A stretch of DNA of 64,000 bases from an uncultured delta proteobacterium (GCA_963806225.1 CAWDXG010000004.1:768001-832000), one strand, 5' to 3'; shown: positions 29,827 through 40,270, counted from the stretch's first letter. The notes: generated by a model not told the origin, from the sequence alone. Translations and numbers: made by a program.

Positions 29827-31039
29827 CTACGCGAGGTTCGGCAGGGTCACGATGTCGACGTGCAGGACCTCGTCGTCGTAGGCCATGATTTCCGTGAGGC
29901 AGGCTTCCGACGGACGGGTATCGAGGCGGACCTTGGCGCAGGCGGCGCGGCCGCCCTCGAACACGGTGTTGTCGACCTCCTGGATGTTGATGCCGTGGCG
30001 CTTGAGCACGCCGAGCACAACGGCCAGAGCACCGACGCGATCACGGTGGCGCACCACGAGCTGGTAGCGGGCGCGCGAGGTGGCGGAGATGTTGACGACG
30101 TTCGGCACCTCGCCCTTGACGATGAAGCTCCTCAGGATGCGCACCGTCTCGTCGGCGATGGCGAGCTGGGCCTGGTCGGTGGAGGCGCCGATGTGCGGCG
30201 TGGCGTACACCAGACCGGCGTGCAGGATGGGATGGTCGTAGCTGCCCTCGCGCATCTCCGGCTCGCCGGGCAGCACGTCGAGGCCGACGCGCAGGTTCTT
30301 CTTCGGCGCGAGCTCGACCAGGGCGTCGTAGTCGCAGAGCTCGCTGCGCGCGGTGTTGACGAAGAACGCGCCGTTGGGCAAAGCCTCGATCACGCTGCGC
30401 GAGATGATGCCGCGCGTGCGCTCGCTGAGCTCGAGGTGCACCGTGAAGATGTCGGAGCGGCTCGCGAGCTCTTCCAGACTGCCGGCGCGGGAGATCCCGA
30501 GAATCGGCAGCGCGCGCGACCGTGAGCGAACGGCTCCAGGCGCGGGGCTCGAGGCCGTAGGCAACAGCCAGGCGCGCCACGGCGCGACCCACATGGCCGA
30601 GCCCGGCGATACCGAGGCGGCGGCCACGCAGCCCGACGGCCTGGGCGTACTCGTGTTTCTCCCAGCGTCCCGCGCGCAGGCTGTCGACGGCGTCGGGCAC
30701 GCGCCGGTCGAGGCAGCCGATCAGCGTGAAGGTCAGCTCGGCGACGCCGTAGGCGTTCTTGCCGGGGCAGTTGGCGACATAGACGCCGCGTTCGCTGGCG
30801 GCGTGGACGTCGATGTTGCTGACCCCCGCTCCGGCCCGGATGATCAGGTTCAGCGCCTCGGCCGACTCGATGGCCGGTCCAGACACCTCGGTGCCGCGCA
30901 CGACCAGCACGCCCACGCCCTCGAGCGCCCGCGGCAGCTGCTCGGGCTGCGTGTCCGGCTCGTACACCACCTCCACTCCGAGGGTCCGCATCTCGTCCAG
31001 GGCACCCTCGGAAAGCCTGTCGGCCACCAGCACTCGCAT
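29827..31039 (-). pseudogene. serA: D-3-phosphoglycerate dehydrogenase-like (SerA, with ACT domain), +1 frameshift near 30502 (real or sequencing error)
   Basis: The N-half (RAGAGV.NID, GLGHVG) is in one frame and the C-half (VNTAR, TPHIGAST, ACT) in another. Removing one base from GAT-T-CTC restores ...AADLGISRAG... Confidence 0.8.
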
Positions 31040-31084
31040 TGGCCGGTATTATTCCACGACGGCGCCCGACGCGGAATCCCTGCA

Positions 31085-31603
31085 CTACGCCGGGGGTGGG
31101 CGGGCGGGATGCGATCGACGCCCGATGGGGTAGCTCCGGCCTCCGAGGCGGAGCGCCGGCTCGCCGTCCTCGCCCTCGACCAGCAGCGGGCCGAGGGCCG
31201 TCTGGGCCGACGGCGTGAAGCGGGCGTCGAAGCTACCTCCCTTGACCTTGAGGTAGAGGGCGTCGCGCGCCCCCACTTCCAGCGTGGAGGCGTCGAGCGG
31301 CTCCTCGCTCCCGTCGGAGAGCTGGAGGACGGCTCGGTCCCCGTCGATGCGCAGCGACCGGACGAAGTACGGCACGTCGTCGACCGTAAAGTACGTCCAG
31401 TCGAAGCCGTTGGTCAGGATGTAGCGGCCATCGTCGGGATGGCGGGCGATCCAGGAGGCGAAAGCCCGCGCCATGCCGGAGTGCGCGACAGGCTCGCCGT
31501 CGTGCCAGAAGCGACCCTCCGCATCGAGGCGGATGCTGCTCTCCCGCGAGCGGCCCGGAGGCGGCGGGAAGCGGAAGAAGTCGGGGTGGTCGCCGGGCTT
31601 CAT
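31085..31603 (-). CDS. DUF1285-like protein
   Basis: IRLDAEGRFWHDGEP and V.DVPYFV motifs with a C-terminal ARF...Q; start is uncertain. Confidence 0.65.
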   Translation of the reverse strand: MKPGDHPDFFRFPPPPGRSRESSIRLDAEGRFWHDGEPVAHSGMARAFASWIARHPDDGRYILTNGFDWTYFTVDDVPYFVRSLRIDGDRAVLQLSDGSEEPLDASTLEVGARDALYLKVKGGSFDARFTPSAQTALGPLLVEGEDGEPALRLGGRSYPIGRRSHPARPPPA

Positions 31604-31655
31604 GGCCAGCGGGAACATTCGTGGCCGCCGCCGCGATGTCAACCGGCCCGGCCCG

Positions 31656-32822
31656 TCAGTCGACAGGGCCCGCGGGCACCCGGCCCGCCTCGATTTCGGT
31701 ACGCACCCGCTCGTCGAACGGTTGATCGAGCAGATCGGCGGTCTGCTGTTTCGTGCGGAACAGATCCACGATGAAGTCCATGCGCTGATCGAGGTCCGCC
31801 CAGTCGTGCGCCCCGGTCCCGGCTTCCGAGGCGAGGGAGGCGAGGTAGTGCTCGGCGAACGTGAGCAGCTCGGGCAGTGCGAGATCCACGAGCGGCGCAG
31901 GGAACTCCTGGCCCCGGCTCAGGGGCGGCATGTCGGCACCGAGGGATAGGCTCGCATGACCGGGCAGCGCCAACCGCATCAGGTAGTGCGTGGCGAACTG
32001 GCGCCAGGCGCCGGCGACGAGGTGGAGCATCGGGCCCAGGTGCTGCTCGCGGTTGTCGCGGACCTTGCGTGCCAGTGAAGGATCGCCGGACTTTTCCTCG
32101 ACTCGAGCGGCGACGTGCTCCGTCAAGAGATCCTCGACCGGCGCGTCGAGCGCGCCCTGGATGTTCGGCTGCAGGCGCGTCTGCTCGTGCAAACCGACCT
32201 GGCCGTTGGCGAGCAGGATGAGCTGGGCCTTCTTCGTGAAGTCGGACTCGAAGCGCGCCTGGTAGTAGATCGCGAACGCGCTCTTCAACAGATCCTGGCC
32301 GCCTTCCGAAGCGGGTCCAGGTCTGAACGCACCCACAAACGCCTCGATCGTCGCCTGCTTGAACTCCGTATCTTTGCCGAACGCCACGATCGCGCGCAGG
32401 AACTCCGGAGCCAGCTCCGCGAACACCTTCAGGTTGCCGTCGGCAATGGTGCGGCTCACGTCGCCCAGCGTGCGTTCGACGCGCTCGATCACGTCGGCGC
32501 GCTGGAGCGCGGCTGCAGTCTGCCCGCCGAAGATGCTGCGGTTGAGCCATTCGAGCGCGCTATCGAGCCTTCCGGCGTCCTCGATCAGATCCAGCAGCGG
32601 CTTCGGCAGCTCTTCGTCGCGGATCGACTCGCCCGCGGTTTTCGACGCCCAGGTCGCAAACGTCGACCAGTTGACATTCTTCCGCCCCAGAACGCTGGTG
32701 ATCCCCAACGACAGATCGTGATAGCGCTGCGTGATGAGCAGGTTCCTGAGCACCGCATCCTCCAGCCCCACGATGCGCTGAAGGTCCGCCCGCGCCCCGG
32801 TCTCATCGTCGAGGTCCAACAT
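31656..32822 (-). CDS. Conserved hypothetical protein (DUF2515-like N-terminal motif)
   Basis: RN..IT..Y..L...NW.TFA.WAS..AG, GN..VF.E, N..VGLHEQ..LQP and W..L.QRM.FI..LF motifs. Confidence 0.6.
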   Translation of the reverse strand: MLDLDDETGARADLQRIVGLEDAVLRNLLITQRYHDLSLGITSVLGRKNVNWSTFATWASKTAGESIRDEELPKPLLDLIEDAGRLDSALEWLNRSIFGGQTAAALQRADVIERVERTLGDVSRTIADGNLKVFAELAPEFLRAIVAFGKDTEFKQATIEAFVGAFRPGPASEGGQDLLKSAFAIYYQARFESDFTKKAQLILLANGQVGLHEQTRLQPNIQGALDAPVEDLLTEHVAARVEEKSGDPSLARKVRDNREQHLGPMLHLVAGAWRQFATHYLMRLALPGHASLSLGADMPPLSRGQEFPAPLVDLALPELLTFAEHYLASLASEAGTGAHDWADLDQRMDFIVDLFRTKQQTADLLDQPFDERVRTEIEAGRVPAGPVD

Positions 32823-32905
32823 CCGCCGATGATCCCCACCCTGTGTCCGGGAGGCAAGCCCCCCGGGGCTACTCCGGCCGCCGCCGCGGATGCTACGCTC
32901 AGCTG

Positions 32906-35900
32906 GTGTCGGAAGAGCATCCCGCACGCCGCCCGGGGGTGGCCATGCCCCCGGACTCTGCGCGCACCGCGCCGAGCCAGAGCGCGCCGATGGACCTCGG
33001 CACGCGGCTGGTGCACGGCTCGCTGGTCGCCGAGCGGTTCGAGGTGGAAAGCTTCGCCGGGCTGGGCGGCATGGGCGCGGTCTACCGCGCCACCGACCAC
33101 CTCACGGGCCAGCCGGTCGCACTGAAGACGCTCCTCGGCGGGACGCCGGACGGCGAGGAGCGTTTCTCGCGCGAGGCCCGCGCACTGAGCGAGCTCGATC
33201 ATCCCGCCATCGTTCGCTACGTGGCGCACGGTCGGACGAAGAGCGGCATCGCCTACCTGGCGATGGAGTGGCTGGAGGGCGAGGAGCTGGCGTCGGTCCT
33301 CTCGCACAGCACGCTCACCCTGGCCGAAAGTCTCACGCTCGCGCAGCGTCTCGCCTCGGCGCTGGCCGCGGCGCATGCGCGCAGCATCGTGCACCGCGAC
33401 CTCAACCCGCGGAACATCTTCCTCGTCGACGGCAACGTCGAGAAGTCGAGGCTGCTCGACTTCGGCATCGCGCACCTGGGTCATGCCACGCGCCGGCTGA
33501 CCCTGAGCGGCAGTAGCCTCGGCACGCCGGGCTACATGGCGCCCGAGCAGGCCCAGGGCGCCGAGGATCTCGATCCGCGGGTGGATGTCTTCGCGCTGGG
33601 CTGCGTGCTGTTCGAGTGCCTGACGGCGCGGCCCGCGTTCGTGGGGCACAACGTCATGGCGCTGCTCACCAAGATCCTGCTGGAGGAACCGCCGCACCCT
33701 GGCGATCTCAACAGCCACGTGCCAGCCGAGCTCGACGAGCTGGTGTCGCGCATGATCGCCAAGAACCGCAACGAGCGGCCCGCAGACGGCGCCGAAGTGC
33801 TGGCACTGCTCGAGCAGGTCGGGCCGACGGGCAGCGCGCGGCCCGCCACGCCCGCGGCAGACAAGCGCGCGATCACCGGCGGCGAGAAGCGCCTCTTGTC
33901 CGTGATCCTCGCCAGCGGAGGGAACGACGCCGACGCGCTGACACCGCATCGGGCAGCCATCGAAGACGCGGTCGAACCGTTCGGCGGCGAAGCGGGCTTT
34001 CTCCTCGACGGGTCGCTCGTGGTGACGCTCGCCGGTGGCGGCAACGCCAACGACCAGGCGGTGCGGGCCGCGCGCGCTGCTCTGGCCCTGCGCGGGGCGC
34101 TGCCCGACACGCGCATCGCGCTCAGCACAGGCCGCGGCGAACAGGCGCGGGGGCGACCCGTCGGCGAAGCGCTCGACCGGGCGCTCGCGCTCCTGTCGGG
34201 CGCCCCGCCGGCTCCGCCCACCGCCACCAGCCCGGCGCGCCCGGTGCAGCTCGACGAGATCACCGCGGGGCTGCTCGATCCGCGCTTCGAGATCAGCGGC
34301 GACGGCTCGACGCTCACGCTCAAGGGCATCCGCGAGTTGGTCGAGCCAGCCCGCACGCTGCTCGGCAAGCCCACCTCCTGCGTCGGGCGGCAGCGGGAGC
34401 TCATCACGCTGGAGGCGACGTACGCCGAGTGCGCCGAGGAGTCGGTCGCGCGGGCGGTGCTGGTCACGGCGCCGGTCGGCTACGGCAAATCGCGGCTCCG
34501 CCACGAGCTGCTCAGGCGCCTCAGGCGACAGGAGATGGGGCCAGAGGTGCTGATCGGACAGGGCGACTCGGTCACGGCGGGCGCACCGTTCGCCATCATC
34601 GGCCAGGCCGTCCGCCGCTCATCCGGGATCCGCGACGGCGAACCGCTCGGCGTGCGGCAGCAGAAGCTTCGCGCGCGCGTGGGCCGCAGCGCACCCGAGG
34701 GCGATCTGGTGCGGCTCGTCGAGTTCCTCGGCGAGCTGGTCGGTTCGCCCTTCCCCGACGACGCGAGCGTGCAGCTGCGCGCAGCGCGCCAGGATCCGAT
34801 GCTGCGCGGCGATCAGATGCGCCGCGCATTCGAGGACTTCCTCCGGTACGAGTGCGCCGAGCGCCCGGTGCTGCTGTTGCTGGAGGACCTGCACTGGGGC
34901 GACCTGCCGACCATCAAGCTTGTCGATGCGGTGCTCCGCAATCTCAAGAATTGCCCGCTGATGGTCCTGGCGCTGGCGCGACCGGAAGTGCACGACCAGT
35001 TCCCGAACCTGTGGGAAAAGCGCGGGCTGTTCGAGCTGAGGCTGCCGGAGCTGACCGCGCGGGCCAGCGAGCAGCTGGTCCGCGAGGTGCTGGGCGACAT
35101 CGAGCCGGCCCGCGTAGAGCGGCTGATCGAGCGAGCGGGCGGCAATGCGTTCTGGCTGGAGGAGCTGATCCGGGCGGAGGCCGAGGGCCGCGGCGGAACG
35201 CTGCCGGACACCGTCGTGGTCATGGCGCAGGCGCGCCTCGAGCGGCTGGGGAGCGAGGCGCGGCGGGTGCTGCGTGCGGCCAGCGTCTTCGGCCGGCAGT
35301 TCTGGCGCGGTGCGGTCAAGGCGCTGCTCGGCAACGAGGACGGCGCCGTGTCGATCGACGGGCTTCTGGAGGAGCTGGAAGAGCGCGAGGTGATCGCGCC
35401 CAGCGCGCCCAGCCGCTTCCCCGGAGAGAGCGAGTTCGTTTTCCGCCACGCGCTTCTGCGCGACGCCGCCTACGAGATGCTCACCGAGAGCGACCGCGTG
35501 GTAGGCCACCAGCTGGCGGGAAAGTGGCTGGAGCGCGCCGGCGAGATCGAGGCGCTGGTGCTCGCCGAGCACTTCGAACGCGGCGACAGCCCCGAGGGCG
35601 CGATCCGCTGGTACGTGCGCGCCGGGCGCCAGGCGCTGGAAGGCAACGACCCCAACGGCGCGCTCTCGCGCGCCCGGCGCGGCATGGCGCTCGGCGCGAA
35701 GGGAGAGGAGCTGGGCGCGCTGGAGCTGCTCGAGGCCGAAACGCAGAAGTGGCGCGGGCAGAACCGCGAGGCACAACGCGCCGCCCTCGAGGCGCTCGGG
35801 CACCTGGGCCGCGGCAGCGCGCAGTGGTTCAGCGCCGCGGGCGAAGCCGCGGCAGCCAGCGGCAAAGCCGGCGACGGCGAGCAGCTGGTTTTCATCGCGG

Positions 35901-36862
35901 AGCGGCTCCGCGATCTGGCGCCGGGCGAGGAAGCCCCGCCGCAGCGGCTGATCGCTCTGGCGCGCTCGGCGACCCAGCTCGTCCTGAGCGGCAGGCCTGC
36001 GCTTGCCGACGCACTGCTCGAGCTGCTCGACGCTGGTTCCGGCGCGCACGGCGCCGATCCGGCGCTGATGGCGTGGATCCACGAAGCTCACGCCGTGCGC
36101 GCCGGCGCGGGCGGCGATCCAGCCGCGCGCGTGCGGCTGGCTGAAGCCGCGGCGGACAGCTTCGAGCAGGCCGGCGATCTCCGCAACGCGTGCCTGCAGC
36201 GCGTGAGCGTGGGCTTCGCGTGCGTGGAGATCGGCGCCTACGCGGCGGCCGAGCGCTCGCTCTCCGATGCCCTGACGCTGGGCGAGCGCATCGGCCTGAC
36301 CAATTCGATCCCCGTGGCGCAGGCACAGCTCGCGCGCGCCCTGTCCCGCCGCGGCAAGCTCGCGGAGGCCATCGAGCTCGAACGCCAGGCCGTCGCCGCG
36401 CTCGCCGAGCAGGGCAACCAGCGCCTGAGCGGCGTCGCACGCGGCTACGTAGCCCGCATGCTGCTGGAGTCGGGCGACACCGACACGGCACTCGAAGAGG
36501 CGACGCACGCCGTGGAGATGCTCGAAGGCGCGCCGGCACTCCTGTGTTCTGCGCTGGCCACGCTGGCGCTGGTGCATCTTTCGGCCGGGCAGAGCGACGC
36601 GGCGCTCGAGGTCGCTCGGCGCGGCGCGGAGCTACTCGCGAAGGTCGGCGAGAGCGCCGTCGGCGAGTCGCTGATCCGCCTGGCCCACATCGAGGCGCTG
36701 CTGGCGGCCGGCCGCCGCGAGGAAGCGCAGCAGGCCGCCGCCGAGGCGCGTGCCCGCATCGACGCCCGCGCCCGGCGCATCGCCGACGCCGAGTGGCGGA
36801 AGCACTTCACGGACGGCCTGCCGGAGAACGTCCGGACCCTGGAGCTGGCGAAGGAGCTGTAG
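32906..36862 (+). CDS. Ser/Thr kinase - degenerate cyclase-like - AAA/STAND ATPase - TPR protein
   Basis: GLGGMGAVY, VALK, HRDLNPRN, DFG, GTPGYMAPE; APVGYGKS Walker A; LLEDLHW Walker B; FRHALLRDAAY; helical repeats. Start is uncertain (32906/32945/32990). Confidence 0.9.
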   Translation: MSEEHPARRPGVAMPPDSARTAPSQSAPMDLGTRLVHGSLVAERFEVESFAGLGGMGAVYRATDHLTGQPVALKTLLGGTPDGEERFSREARALSELDHPAIVRYVAHGRTKSGIAYLAMEWLEGEELASVLSHSTLTLAESLTLAQRLASALAAAHARSIVHRDLNPRNIFLVDGNVEKSRLLDFGIAHLGHATRRLTLSGSSLGTPGYMAPEQAQGAEDLDPRVDVFALGCVLFECLTARPAFVGHNVMALLTKILLEEPPHPGDLNSHVPAELDELVSRMIAKNRNERPADGAEVLALLEQVGPTGSARPATPAADKRAITGGEKRLLSVILASGGNDADALTPHRAAIEDAVEPFGGEAGFLLDGSLVVTLAGGGNANDQAVRAARAALALRGALPDTRIALSTGRGEQARGRPVGEALDRALALLSGAPPAPPTATSPARPVQLDEITAGLLDPRFEISGDGSTLTLKGIRELVEPARTLLGKPTSCVGRQRELITLEATYAECAEESVARAVLVTAPVGYGKSRLRHELLRRLRRQEMGPEVLIGQGDSVTAGAPFAIIGQAVRRSSGIRDGEPLGVRQQKLRARVGRSAPEGDLVRLVEFLGELVGSPFPDDASVQLRAARQDPMLRGDQMRRAFEDFLRYECAERPVLLLLEDLHWGDLPTIKLVDAVLRNLKNCPLMVLALARPEVHDQFPNLWEKRGLFELRLPELTARASEQLVREVLGDIEPARVERLIERAGGNAFWLEELIRAEAEGRGGTLPDTVVVMAQARLERLGSEARRVLRAASVFGRQFWRGAVKALLGNEDGAVSIDGLLEELEEREVIAPSAPSRFPGESEFVFRHALLRDAAYEMLTESDRVVGHQLAGKWLERAGEIEALVLAEHFERGDSPEGAIRWYVRAGRQALEGNDPNGALSRARRGMALGAKGEELGALELLEAETQKWRGQNREAQRAALEALGHLGRGSAQWFSAAGEAAAASGKAGDGEQLVFIAERLRDLAPGEEAPPQRLIALARSATQLVLSGRPALADALLELLDAGSGAHGADPALMAWIHEAHAVRAGAGGDPAARVRLAEAAADSFEQAGDLRNACLQRVSVGFACVEIGAYAAAERSLSDALTLGERIGLTNSIPVAQAQLARALSRRGKLAEAIELERQAVAALAEQGNQRLSGVARGYVARMLLESGDTDTALEEATHAVEMLEGAPALLCSALATLALVHLSAGQSDAALEVARRGAELLAKVGESAVGESLIRLAHIEALLAAGRREEAQQAAAEARARIDARARRIADAEWRKHFTDGLPENVRTLELAKEL

Positions 36863-36876
36863 GTGCCTCCCCTCGG

Positions 36877-36950
36877 CATTGTGCGGCGCGATGGCGGCTT
36901 GGGACGACCGCGCGCTGGCGGCACTGGGCTACCGCGTGCTCAGGCTGCAC
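36877..36950 (+). pseudogene. Short remnant resembling a DUF559 (Vsr-like endonuclease) C-terminus
   Basis: One frame reads DDRALAALGYRVLRL, matching the RD..L...GY.VLR motif. Confidence 0.45.
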
Positions 36951-37065
36951 CAAAGGACCGGGGAGAATGCGGCGTTCGCCCGTGGTGCACTGCCACGGGC
37001 GCGGTCATCGCCACCTCGTCCCGGTCGCCGGTGTCGGCTCTGGCGAAGTGTGGGAGCATGGGGTC

Positions 37066-38100
37066 GTGCGGGTGGAGATACCTGTCGTACTGGTCGGAGT
37101 GGCGCTGGCCGGTTGCGGCGCGCGTACTGCGCTCGCGTCGCGCGAACGAGCGGCACCGCCCGCGGCCGCCACCGTGCCGGACGCGCCGGCATGCGCAGCG
37201 CCTGCGCCCTTGCCGACTGTCCTGTTCGAGGATCCCGGGCTGCAGCTCACCGACATCGCGATCGACACCGATGCCCTCTACTTGACCGAGCTGAACAGCC
37301 CCGACGTGCTTCGCGTTTCCAAGTGTGACGGGACGACTCGAACCCTCCAGGCACCAGCGTCCGTGGACGGACCTGCCGTCGACCTGGTGGTCGCGGGCGG
37401 CCACGTTGCGTGGCTGGTGCTCCAGGGCCTCGGCGGCTGGGTCGTGGCGGCATCGACCGCGCCCGGGGCCGCGAGCCAGGTGCTGGTGCACATCAGCGAT
37501 CCAGAGGTCCTCGGGGAGGCTCTCGCGATCGATGAGCAGCGTGCGTTCTTCGTGGCCGGACCGCTGCACGGAGGGGGAGCCCTGGGCAGCGTGGCGCTCC
37601 AGGGCGGAACGCCGGCAACGCTGCATCCCGGCTGGGACGGCCCGGTCGCTGCCGACGACACGCGCGTCTATGCCGCCGAGTCGCCGCCCACCGGACAGGC
37701 GCTGTTGAGCGTTCCGAAGGTTGGCGGAACCGCGCGCGTGCTGGTGCCGTCGGTTCATGGCTTCGAGCGCGCTTTCGCCAGCGATGCCGGCTACGTCTAC
37801 TGGCTACAATGGAACGACAACGGCCACGGATCGGCTGTCATGCGCGTGCCGAAGCGAGGAGGCGCGGCCCAGACGGTCGTCCCCGACCAGTCCTCGCCCT
37901 CGTCGATCGCAGTGGACGATTGGAATGTCTACTGGCTGGTCGCCGACGCCGCCGTACCGCCAAACAGGACCGCGATGCGGGCGCCCAAAGCGGGCGGCGC
38001 CTCCGACATCCTGACCTCCGGCCCGTTCGAGAGCATCGCGCTCGACCGGCGCACCCTCTACTGGTGCACGCGCCACGCCGTGATGAAGCTCGACAAGTAG
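37066..38100 (+). CDS. Lipoprotein with beta-propeller-type repeats
   Basis: LAGC lipobox; repeated 'IA(I/V)D...(L/V)YW...V.RVPK.GG' blades. Confidence 0.75.
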   Translation: MRVEIPVVLVGVALAGCGARTALASRERAAPPAAATVPDAPACAAPAPLPTVLFEDPGLQLTDIAIDTDALYLTELNSPDVLRVSKCDGTTRTLQAPASVDGPAVDLVVAGGHVAWLVLQGLGGWVVAASTAPGAASQVLVHISDPEVLGEALAIDEQRAFFVAGPLHGGGALGSVALQGGTPATLHPGWDGPVAADDTRVYAAESPPTGQALLSVPKVGGTARVLVPSVHGFERAFASDAGYVYWLQWNDNGHGSAVMRVPKRGGAAQTVVPDQSSPSSIAVDDWNVYWLVADAAVPPNRTAMRAPKAGGASDILTSGPFESIALDRRTLYWCTRHAVMKLDK

Positions 38101-38143
38101 CAGTCGACCCAGCGGGGGCGCGCGGCGCATTCGCTGCCGGCCG

Positions 38144-40231
38144 CTACGGCCCGCTCCACGTCACGAGCTTGTCTGCGGCAGTCACGCCTTCGCTGCTGCT
38201 GCTGAGCTTCTGGTCCGGCCAGCGGATGTCGACCTTTTCAGCGCTCTGGCAGGCGCCCAGGCCATAGTACAGCACCAGGTCATTCTGCTGGCCGAAGTGG
38301 CCGTAGCCGCCGCCGACTTCCTGCATCTGCGTCACGCCGCCGGCAGTGACGCTCACGCGCGCGCCGATGGCGGCCTTGTTCGCGCCGCCCTTGCCCTGGA
38401 GCTTGACCGCCAGCCAGTGGCCGAGCGTGGAGGCGTCGTTCTCGTACAGGTGCACCTCGTTCTTCGACCAGATCTTGCCGCAGTCGCGCGCCGTGCCGGA
38501 GCCGACCACCACGTCCAGATCCCCGTCGCGATCGAAGTCGGCGACGGCCAGACCGCTGGCGCAAGCGTGATGCAGACCCCAGCTCTGGCCCACTTCCTCG
38601 AAATTGCCGTCGGCTTTCTGGTGGAAGACGAGCGAGTACTGGTCGGGGTAGTCGCTGTTGGCGACGATCACGTCTTTCCGGCCGTCGTTGTCCAGGTCGA
38701 CGAGGGCCGCCATCAGCGCGCCCTCGTTCCAGCCGGCGGTGGGGTGCGGGAAGATCATGCCGTTCTTGTCGGGCGCGATGCGGTCGTAGTGCAGCTTGTC
38801 GCCGGACAGGTTGCCGAGCAGGAGCTGGGACGGATCGCTGCTCTGGCCGACGTGGAAGTGGCGGATCTCGGCGCTGTACAGATCCATCACGCCGTCGCCG
38901 TTCACGTCGCCGCAGGCGGTGGTGAAGGTGTTGCCGTTGGCGCGCCAGAGCTGGTCGTCCGTGCCCGGGTTCCAGTACGCGCCGGCTGGGTTCGGGCACT
39001 GGATGATGGGCTGCGGGTTCTTGGGGCAGGCCGGGTCGCTGTTGGCGGTGCACCAGCAGACGAAGAACTGGTTGTCGCTGTAGTCGGTGATGCTGTCGCC
39101 CGCGTAGCCCGTATCGCGCCCCACGTCCTTGAAGTGGCCGTTGCCGTCGTTGAGGTAGAGCTGGTTCCACTGCCGGCCGTAGGCGCTGACCAGCAGATCC
39201 ATGTCGCCATCACCGTCCACGTCGCAGGAGGTGGCGCCGTAGGCGGGCCGCGCGTTGGTGCCGTTGGCGTAGCCGCCGATGATATTGGTCGTGAGCCCCG
39301 CGCTGCTCGTCACTTCCTTGAACGTGCCGTCGCCCTGCCCCAGAAGCAGGTGCGCCTGCGTGCCGGAATACGAGAAGCCGTAGCTTGCGTACCAGCCCAC
39401 CACGAACAGATCGATATTGCCGTCGCGGTTCACGTCCGCGAACGTTGCGCCGCTGACCGGCAGCCCGTTGCTCGCGTACGGCTCCAGCTTGGGACCGAAC
39501 GTGAAGTGCCCCTTGCCGTCGTTCAGCATCAGCTCGGAGCGGTCCTTGTCCGCAGGCGTGGGTGGGCTCTTCACTTTCGAGTTGTCGGTGAAGGTGCCGC
39601 TGAACAGATCGAGATCGCCGTCGTTATCGACGTTGCCGGCGACGGCCAGCTGCGTGGAGCGGATTTCGTCCTGCGCGCCGTCGCGCGTCGCGCCGTAGCC
39701 GCTCTGCACTGTCTCGTCGACGAACATGCGCCCGCCGCCCGGCGCAGGGCGGTTCATCAGGATGTGCGTGCGCATGTCCGGCGGGGCCGGGAGGCCCGCA
39801 TCCGACGCGCCCGCCTCTGCCGCGCCCGCATCTGCGCCCGCCTCTGCCGCGCCCGCATCTGCCCCGCCCGCATCTGCGCCCGCCTCTGCCGCGCCGCCGC
39901 TGCCTCCGGACGCCGCGATCGCACCGCGCTGGTTCGAGCCGATCGAGTTGACCACAAGATCCGGATAGTCGTCGCCGTCCAGGTCGACCGCGATGATGCG
40001 GTTGCCCGTGATGCCCGACAGCCCCCAGTCCGCGGTCTTGTCGGTGAAGTGCGGCGAGCCGCTCACGGCGTGCACGTCGCAGGAAGGCGGCGCACCACCG
40101 GTGCCGCCCGTGCCGCCAGCTCCGCCGCCGTCGCTGCCCGCCGTCCCTCCCGAGCCCGACGGTTTGGCGGAGTTCGACGACGAGCAGGCGGTGAAGAAGC
40201 CAAGGGCGAAAAGCAGGACGAAGCGGCGCAT
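38144..40231 (-). CDS. CRTAC1-like FG-GAP repeat / ASPIC-UnbV lipoprotein
   Basis: FTAC lipobox; multiple DxDxDGxxD Ca-binding repeats; C-terminal AIGARV...GGG.G...YGLG...I.WP. Confidence 0.88.
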   Translation of the reverse strand: MRRFVLLFALGFFTACSSSNSAKPSGSGGTAGSDGGGAGGTGGTGGAPPSCDVHAVSGSPHFTDKTADWGLSGITGNRIIAVDLDGDDYPDLVVNSIGSNQRGAIAASGGSGGAAEAGADAGGADAGAAEAGADAGAAEAGASDAGLPAPPDMRTHILMNRPAPGGGRMFVDETVQSGYGATRDGAQDEIRSTQLAVAGNVDNDGDLDLFSGTFTDNSKVKSPPTPADKDRSELMLNDGKGHFTFGPKLEPYASNGLPVSGATFADVNRDGNIDLFVVGWYASYGFSYSGTQAHLLLGQGDGTFKEVTSSAGLTTNIIGGYANGTNARPAYGATSCDVDGDGDMDLLVSAYGRQWNQLYLNDGNGHFKDVGRDTGYAGDSITDYSDNQFFVCWCTANSDPACPKNPQPIIQCPNPAGAYWNPGTDDQLWRANGNTFTTACGDVNGDGVMDLYSAEIRHFHVGQSSDPSQLLLGNLSGDKLHYDRIAPDKNGMIFPHPTAGWNEGALMAALVDLDNDGRKDVIVANSDYPDQYSLVFHQKADGNFEEVGQSWGLHHACASGLAVADFDRDGDLDVVVGSGTARDCGKIWSKNEVHLYENDASTLGHWLAVKLQGKGGANKAAIGARVSVTAGGVTQMQEVGGGYGHFGQQNDLVLYYGLGACQSAEKVDIRWPDQKLSSSSEGVTAADKLVTWSGP
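39794..39895 (-). repeat. Coding 12/15-nt tandem repeat (GAAEA/GADA)n
   Basis: Repeated GCCCGCATCTGC / GCCCGCCTCTGCCGC units. Confidence 0.8.
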
Positions 40232-40270
40232 AGGTCCGACCATTATGCACGGAATCGCCCTGGGATAGGC

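Noticed and set aside
29153..29881. ORFs with 17-aa repeats across the palindromic array
   Set aside because: Open on both strands simply because the period is 51 nt and stop-free; no protein-like features.
30495..30510. Programmed ribosomal frameshifting in the serA-like and rimB-like genes
   Set aside because: No slippery heptamer or homopolymer run at either site.
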